Shown: positions 57,334-64,000 of the stretch, in pieces
Numbering within the stretch: the first letter of the stretch is position 1
Layout: the number at the start of each line of letters is the position of its first letter
NCBI GenBank assembly: GCA_004764695.1
Contig: SMSO01000035.1
Coordinates: 868,001 to 932,000, forward strand
Origin: Schizochytrium sp. TIO01
Lineage: Eukaryota; Protista; Bigyra: Labyrinthulomycetes
DNA: 64,000 nt
Direction of reading: 5' to 3'
The notes under the pieces: model-generated
What the model saw: only the letters and a program-made list of their open reading frames with translations
What the model was told of the DNA's origin: nothing
Database searches by the model: none
Position numbers and translations under genes: made by a program

Positions 57334-59688
57334 GCTCCAGACGCAAGAATAAAAAGATACCTACCCAAGCTCACGCTCAGCCTTTACGAGCTCGCAACAA
57401 CACGGGCCGCGAGACTCGCCAATCTGCTGATCAGGCTCTGCTTATTATTGTCTGTCTGTTGATTGTTTTTTTCTTTCTTCATGTTTCTCTCTTTCTACTG
57501 ATTATTTTTGCTTTTCAAGTTTATTTTTTAATTTAAAACAAACAAACAACAAAAACATACAACAAAAACCCATTGTAGACATGAAGGCATCAGTTCTCAA
57601 GTTTTCTTTCAGCCTTTGCAAATTCTTCAAGTACTCGTTGCAGGAGGAAGTTCGGGTTCTCTCGTTCGCCACTCCTCCTTTTCGCCGCGGTTGGAGGGAT
57701 GGTGATATATCCCCCAGCGTTGGCAAGGTCGCAGTAGCAGCTTTGGGAAAAAAGGCACCATCAGAGCATCCTTCTAAACGAGAAAAAAGCGTTGACAAGT
57801 CTGCAGCTTGACCCCTTGCACACAAGCATGGTATGGACTCCTCCCGAACCTCACGATACATCTTGGCCGACCTGGTTGCGAACGCCATTACGAGTGAGAG
57901 TCCACGACCACGAGTTCTCTTTGCTCCAAAGGTCGTCACCACGAGCAGTGGAACTGCGGAGCAAGAAAGGAGGGAACTTTCAACGAGGTGAAACGAGTCA
58001 CTTCTGTGAACATAGATCGACATATAGTACCTGCTCAGGGTTGGTTAAAATCAACAACAAAAAGTTCCATTTGCCTCACGCTGTTGAGGTGGCTATGGCA
58101 GCGTTCATAGACAGCATAGTGAACAATCAAATGGGTATCTTGTGGAAGCAGTGCGGAGTCACTAAGCAAAGCCAAGCATCTCGAAAGCCATGGCACCAAA
58201 GAAAGCATCCAAGCCCTTTCCTTTTCTTTTTTCTTTTTTAAAATTAAAATTAAAAAATAAAATAAAATGATCATGCAATTCGTAAATAAATCTAAAGCCT
58301 ATAAGGAAAAGAGAACTTTACCCCCAACGCAACAAGAGCTTTTACAGCAGAGTATGCATCAATCTTGCGTGAAATTTGAGAAGAACGTGAGGCACGTATG
58401 CGATTGGGGGAATCCATGGCAGGCGCTTCTGTATGAAGATATTAGACATGAAAATAATCGAGACTGCAGAGCAGCGAGACGATCGCGTTACCCTGTAAAT
58501 ACGGTTAATACTCATAACTGCTGCTATACAAAGTATTAGGTCCTAACTAAATCGAATCTCAGCAGACATGATGGTAGCGACCAGACGCAGCATTAAATGC
58601 TTCCTCACTACTCAGAGGCAATGAGTTTAAATCTACTCACTCGGGGGAAATCCCAAGCCTAAACAATGACCCATTCGCGTGGAGGGCGAAGTTAATATTA
58701 TGGATTATGTATATCGATGCTGAGCATAAATGTTTTATTGCTTGTATCGTTAGTTTGGCATTTCAAAGGTGAACGGCCACTGTTTTACAAAAGAAGCATA
58801 TCGCTTATGTATAACCTACATATTACAGATCAATATTGACCTTCAAAAATAGCTGCCGTTGTTGGAGGGTGCCATCATGGCTAACTGTACAGGATTTTCG
58901 GTAAGCAGTGTCGATAAATGGCCGGCCTCATCTCCTGTTACTCCTGCCCAGCTTGATAACCTTAGAAGCCTCGCTGCTGTCCATCCCATACATCTTTCTA
59001 AGCTGTTCTTTAGATTTTAAGGCCATGTCCAGCTTAAGAGCAACTCCAAAATCTGTCTTGAATTCTATCTAAGCCGAAATTATATGTGGAGGTTCTCAAA
59101 CAGCTTTCATCTCCAATCTCTGTTGTCGATAGTCCCAATCGCCTTATGGTCATCGCCCATTATCTGAGTCCACGCCTGGTTCCACATGGTATCGTATTTC
59201 TATTTCAACCAACGCATGATCTTCTCCTCCATAATCACAAGTTCATGTGATTCCAAACGCAATGTCTTGCATATGAAATTCTGAGCCCTTTCCGTGCGCG
59301 TTCCCATGAAATCACCGGCTTAGATTATTTCTATGGTTTTCACTAGGACGTAGGTAAGACAAAGTATTAATATTACTATTACGCATATGTAATCGGTAGT
59401 AGGTACTAGTAGCTTTCCAAAGAACAAAAAGCAAAAACTCCTTTCTCTACCATATATGATTATTTAGGAGTGCCTATCTATGAAAATATAATACTAAAAG
59501 TCATTTTTGCGATGATTTTTAATGTAATTGATAATCAAATTTCTTCATCCTGACTCACGAAGAGACATCGCGTAAAGCATCATCCAGAGGCACCACGAGC
59601 CTTGTGGAAAAGACCGCGCCTTTCTTGGATAACGAGGGCGTGCGGGTTCTGAAGGGTTAATAAGTTTGCTGAAGGCTAAGGCTCAGCA

Positions 59689-60639
59689 ATGCAGAACGAA
59701 TCTCGAGCACGTGAGGGCCTTCGGGACTTCTTGGGGCTGGATGGCGAGCAACTTGACGGTCTCTTGGCGCACCTTCGCACGCAGTCAGCGGGTGAAATTC
59801 GCGCATATCTCGGTGCTCTTCTACCAGACACGCCCCCCATCCGAGCCTTCATTGGTCAAATCATAGGCGAGTCCGCCTCAAAGTCCAAATCCGCGCCGCC
59901 ACCTCCACCACCTGTGTCTACTGTATCTGCCTCAGCTTCGTCGGTATCTAAATCAACCAAATCTAAGAAGAAGAAGGGCTCACAAGGTGACAATGAAAGC
60001 ACGGGCGCTTCAGGGGCAACTCGCAAAACCAAATCTTCGGCAAAGTCTCCTTCTTCATCCTCTGCAGTTGCTGCATCTCCCTCTCGCACACCAGAAGAAC
60101 AAGCATTGTTCGAAAAGCGCAAGCGGAATCGTAAAATTATCACTGGAAATGAGGAAGCACGCCGCAATCCAGCTGTGCAAAACTGCCTCGAGTGTGGCAT
60201 GATCTATTATACGGAGGAGTACTCAAAGATGTCACGTTGTGCGTACTGCGACGACCCTCTAGGTAAAGGCCAAGCAAAACGAGCTCAAGATCGCCAACAG
60301 GAGCAAGACGAGGCCTTCTCAAGAGCATTGGCACACCGTGATAAGCTACTTGATTTTGATGCCACCTCGGCAGCTCGTACCAAGGTGTATGATGACCAGG
60401 CAGACTACTTTGAAATGGACCTTGACGTGATGGACTCAAAATGGGCAACAACGACGGAGAAGGAGGAAATGAAAGCTAAAGTGGAAGCTCGCAGGGATGC
60501 TGAGGAGGAGGCAGCTCGAAAAATCACCCTCACGTTCGATCTGGCAGGCCGCCGAATTATCCAGGACTCCGCGATTCGCGGCACCGCTGCCGGCGCTGTG
60601 TATGATTCTATTGCAGCTGCTTTGGCCGCGTCTCAGTAA
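59689..60639 (+). CDS. TRIP4: ASC-1/TRIP4/Rqt4-like zinc-finger protein, 316 aa, without ASCH domain
   Basis: N-terminal helical (PWI-like) region, NCLECGMI...CAYCDDPL, and the family motifs ALAHRDKLLDFD..SAARTKVYDDQADYF and ITLTFDLAGRRI. Confidence 0.82.
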   Translation: MQNESRAREGLRDFLGLDGEQLDGLLAHLRTQSAGEIRAYLGALLPDTPPIRAFIGQIIGESASKSKSAPPPPPPVSTVSASASSVSKSTKSKKKKGSQGDNESTGASGATRKTKSSAKSPSSSSAVAASPSRTPEEQALFEKRKRNRKIITGNEEARRNPAVQNCLECGMIYYTEEYSKMSRCAYCDDPLGKGQAKRAQDRQQEQDEAFSRALAHRDKLLDFDATSAARTKVYDDQADYFEMDLDVMDSKWATTTEKEEMKAKVEARRDAEEEAARKITLTFDLAGRRIIQDSAIRGTAAGAVYDSIAAALAASQ

Positions 60640-62151
60640 CCAAGGCAAATGTTTGTATCCCCTTTGTTAGACCAGTAAGGACAAATATACTCTATTACTA
60701 CCTGATGTAGAACCATGTAAATCATGGAAACAAAATGACTATCTTCTCTGTCCTTGACGCTATCGTAGAAATCCCCCCATCCTTTGTTTGGCTGAGATGC
60801 TGTTTATCATTTTCATACAGTAACATATTGTCTGCAAAGCCGTTGATGTAATCCTTGTCCTGCGGGGATCATATTGCAGAATCTTATCAGAGCCCGGCCA
60901 CATCTTATCTTTTATACTCATTGTGATTTCATTCATAAAAATGAGCCTTTAAACTGTGTATGTCTTCATGTCAAAGTTGTGTTGACCGAAAGTCTCCGAA
61001 CACCAACCGACTGTGCTTTTATCCTTTGACCAGTCCGGTAGCCCTTGATCGCCAAGTCTCGCAACGTCTGCATTCTCTCGTCTTTCAAGAAAAAACTACT
61101 ATATTGAATCGACTGAGAGGATTTTATGGCTGCGAAAATTGTTCGCGTATATGAAATTCTAACTATACAAGTAAAAAAGCACTCCACCAATTTTGTTATA
61201 CGAGTCAACTTCCAGGGCATGTTCTCGTTAGTAGAAGAACTCGTCGTGTCGCGCAGCACACTACCTCGAGACCTTCATAGTTTCGTAACACCCAGAATAC
61301 CGTCTGGAAGAGCTGTGAGCCTGAAATTTATAGTCCATTTATCGCCGATTACGACTACTACCTGCTAGTATAATTGTTATCTGATCAGCTAATGATGGTC
61401 GTTGTAGTGAGATTCTCTTCCAAACACGAAGAGTCATAAATCCTCAAAATACATGGCTCTTGAGCAATGAATCTACAAGGTATCGTCAGTGGATATCATT
61501 GTTCCATGTCGTTTATCTTTATAGGAATATCTAACTTTTGCGAACATCTCCACAATTATCAAGTGATGATATATCTCTTCAAACGAAGAGAATTCTCTCT
61601 GTGGATCTACTTTTCTGGGTCAATCAGTCAGTGTTGCTCCGAAGCCTCCGTGGGTGTATTAAAGAACTTTGGAAATACAAATATGGAGGTGCTTAGTGAA
61701 TTGCATTATTATTAAATTAAATCGGATAAATGAAAACTCTCTATATACCCCTCATACTGCCCGGAAGAAGTGAGTGCCGCCGGCTCCAGTGGAGGCAAGT
61801 CTTTACAAAGCAAGTCAGGTCTCTGGATAAGCAAACCCGAACTGCAACCAGGTACTGGTAGCCGGAGGCAACGGGAGACAAAGGGTCAAGGCCGAGAGGC
61901 CTTTTGCATTATCCCCACCCATACTTCAAATCACGTTTGCGTTGAACCCGACCGAAAGCGCAGCTTGCGCCCATCAGTGACAGCTTGAGTCGATCACAAC
62001 CGGCACCAAAGCTATCAACGACTAATATATACGTACATATTCAACAAAACTTTCTTGCTAATAAACTGACTGAGTAATAATCTCAAGTATATCCAACGAG
62101 TGCAGGTTTTGAAGTTCTTGACAAGGAGACTGAAGATTATCTTTAGCAATA

Positions 62152-63591
62152 ATGTTGAAGGAAACGAACAACGCATCTGGTGATGACAAATATCACAAAC
62201 CCTCGTCGGTAGGCAGCGCTGCCCGCCGCTTTGTCTCTTCCACAGAGGTTTGGGCTCGCAACAATAAGCAGAACCTTGTTCGCGCTTTCATTGCCATCAC
62301 TGTTGTGCTGATCATGGCTACTATGCTCTCCCAGAATAGCCAGAGTATTAAACAGGCTGACATTATCCCCGCTATGCAGCGGGATCTTGACAGTCTTGGA
62401 GTGCGTGGTTCTGGCATTGCCTCATCTCAAGAAACTATCTCGAGCTCCAGATCTACTGGTTTTGCGACTCAAGAGACCGAAGATGAGGAAGAGGAGGCTG
62501 CTGCTTCTGAAGAGGATGAAGGTGACTTTTCTGACGAGTCTCATGCCGAGCTCCAACTCAGTGACGATAGCTCTGCCTCTCTCAGTTCCCATGCTACTTC
62601 CACAGTCTCTAGTGATGAAGATGACATGGAATCTGACGGCACCCCTGAACCAGTAGAGAAGCCTTTTGCCGAGTATACCATGGAGGAGCTTTATGAGAAC
62701 TGGCAGGAGCTGCAGAGCTGCCCTGATATTACGGTGCCCAAGGTTACTAAGAAAACCTACCAATGGTGGGGTCTAAAGTCATACTCACGCATGTACACTG
62801 AGCATCCCATCAAGCGCTGTGTGGCTCGTCTGCGCAAGCACATCAAGCTTGACCTCGAGGACTTCCAAGAGTTTTACAGACGCTGGGGTCGCCCTGTACT
62901 TTTTCACTTTGAAAACATTCGTCACCTTGGGTTTACCATGAAGTCCTATACCCTTGACGAGCTTGCGGAGCTCTTTCCCTATGACCCGGCTAAGGCTCAG
63001 GGCATGACTTACGAAGCAAACCGCAAGTACAGCAAAACAGACGAGATTGATCTCGGACCTGCAATTCAGAACTTTAAGAGTGATGGCGAGCTTGTTCGTC
63101 AAAAGGGAGGCAAACGAAACTTTCCCCGAAACATGAAGGTCAAGCCTGAGTCGATGGTTCGCCTTGGTGTACAAATCCCCCCGCTTATTGACATGAAGGG
63201 TGCCACGACTGGTCAAATCTACCAAACCCCTTCATTGTGGATGGGTACGAGTACCTCAGGCACCCAATTTCACCATGATTGCTGTGATAACTTCGTCATG
63301 ATGATTCACGGTACTAAGCGCTTTACTCTTGCTCCCGCTACTGATTGGCACCCGCTCAGCCCGCGCTGCGTTGGTAAGTCAAAGTCTCTTTGCTATGCTA
63401 ACATCGCTGAGCCCACTGAGGATGAGTATTCCCACTTCAACAAGATGGTGGTAGATGTCCACCCTGGTGAGATTTTGTACATGCCTGCTGGTCTTTTCCA
63501 CCACATTCAGAACCTTGGTCCAACCTTGATGGTTAACGTCTGGACTCGTGGTCGTGAGACAATCGGTATTATGTCTTGCAACAAGAAGTAA
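62152..63591 (+). CDS. JmjC (cupin_8-type) 2OG/Fe(II) oxygenase with N-terminal membrane anchor, 479 aa
   Basis: LWMGTSTSGTQFHHD...NFVMMIHGTKRF...PGEILYMPAGLFHHIQN gives an intact H-x-D...H triad. Hydrophobic AFIAITVVLIMATML near residues 45-59, then an S/E/D-rich stem. Confidence 0.92.
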   Translation: MLKETNNASGDDKYHKPSSVGSAARRFVSSTEVWARNNKQNLVRAFIAITVVLIMATMLSQNSQSIKQADIIPAMQRDLDSLGVRGSGIASSQETISSSRSTGFATQETEDEEEEAAASEEDEGDFSDESHAELQLSDDSSASLSSHATSTVSSDEDDMESDGTPEPVEKPFAEYTMEELYENWQELQSCPDITVPKVTKKTYQWWGLKSYSRMYTEHPIKRCVARLRKHIKLDLEDFQEFYRRWGRPVLFHFENIRHLGFTMKSYTLDELAELFPYDPAKAQGMTYEANRKYSKTDEIDLGPAIQNFKSDGELVRQKGGKRNFPRNMKVKPESMVRLGVQIPPLIDMKGATTGQIYQTPSLWMGTSTSGTQFHHDCCDNFVMMIHGTKRFTLAPATDWHPLSPRCVGKSKSLCYANIAEPTEDEYSHFNKMVVDVHPGEILYMPAGLFHHIQNLGPTLMVNVWTRGRETIGIMSCNKK

Positions 63592-64000
63592 ACCTAGAAA
63601 GACCCACATTTGTAGCTCTTTGTAGGAGCTTCTTTCCCCCTGGAGGGCTGTCTTCATCACCAAATGTTGACACTCGACTCTGCAGCTAATATTTTGGTTG
63701 CATGAGTTGCCTGAATAGAAAAGCACGCAGCATATACTCTGGTGTTGTGATTGTTACTGTTGCTGGGCATAAACGGCGCAGATACCATGATCTTACTCGT
63801 TCTAATAATTATATTATGAAGATGTGCTAGAATCCTTACTCTTTCGTGCGCTCGTAGCATCCGTACAACTTTTTCCTTTCTATTCTTTTTTTTTTTTCCC
63901 TTAGCTCTACAAAACCAATCCACCTCCAATTAGTTAGGACTAGGTACCTAGTCGGCCCAGAGTATTTTTCATAAGCTAACTTGAAGCCTCAGGTTTGTGA

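Noticed and set aside
60960-61400. LEVDSYNKIGGVL-like string as an LTR-retrotransposon RNase H remnant
   Set aside because: Spacing to other expected motifs does not fit; no RT, integrase or LTRs seen.

Overview
Eukaryotic nuclear DNA: GT-AG introns, microsatellites, intron-poor genes, no operons, CRISPR arrays or rRNA. The style suggests a stramenopile protist such as a thraustochytrid, but that is inference. The first ~16 kb has no convincing protein-coding gene and is rich in microsatellites and A/T tracts. The remainder holds 11 genes: (1) a highly codon-biased type II P-type ATPase with non-canonical ion-binding residues; (2) spliced RAD6/UBC2 with an acidic tail; (3) an unknown CxxC..CxxC protein; (4) a single-exon 5319-aa type I membrane protein (PT stalk, ~12 beta-sandwich repeats, ~1800 aa of GCC2/GCC3-like Cys repeats, TM helix, ~1600-aa coiled-coil tail with a zincin-like HxxxH motif); (5) a 3-exon EF-hand-like/WW/DM10-like protein; (6) a PX-VPS9 protein; (7) a 3-exon TPR protein with a degenerate prolyl-hydroxylase domain; (8) a KHA/DCX-like domain fused to Ras; (9) an SCY1-like pseudokinase split by a 1-nt frameshift; (10) a TRIP4/Rqt4-like protein; (11) a membrane-anchored JmjC oxygenase. 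The most interesting candidates are the giant receptor-like protein with its cilia-type neighbour, the KHA-Ras fusion and the TPR pseudo-hydroxylase. All family calls come from motif recognition by eye; no searches were run.
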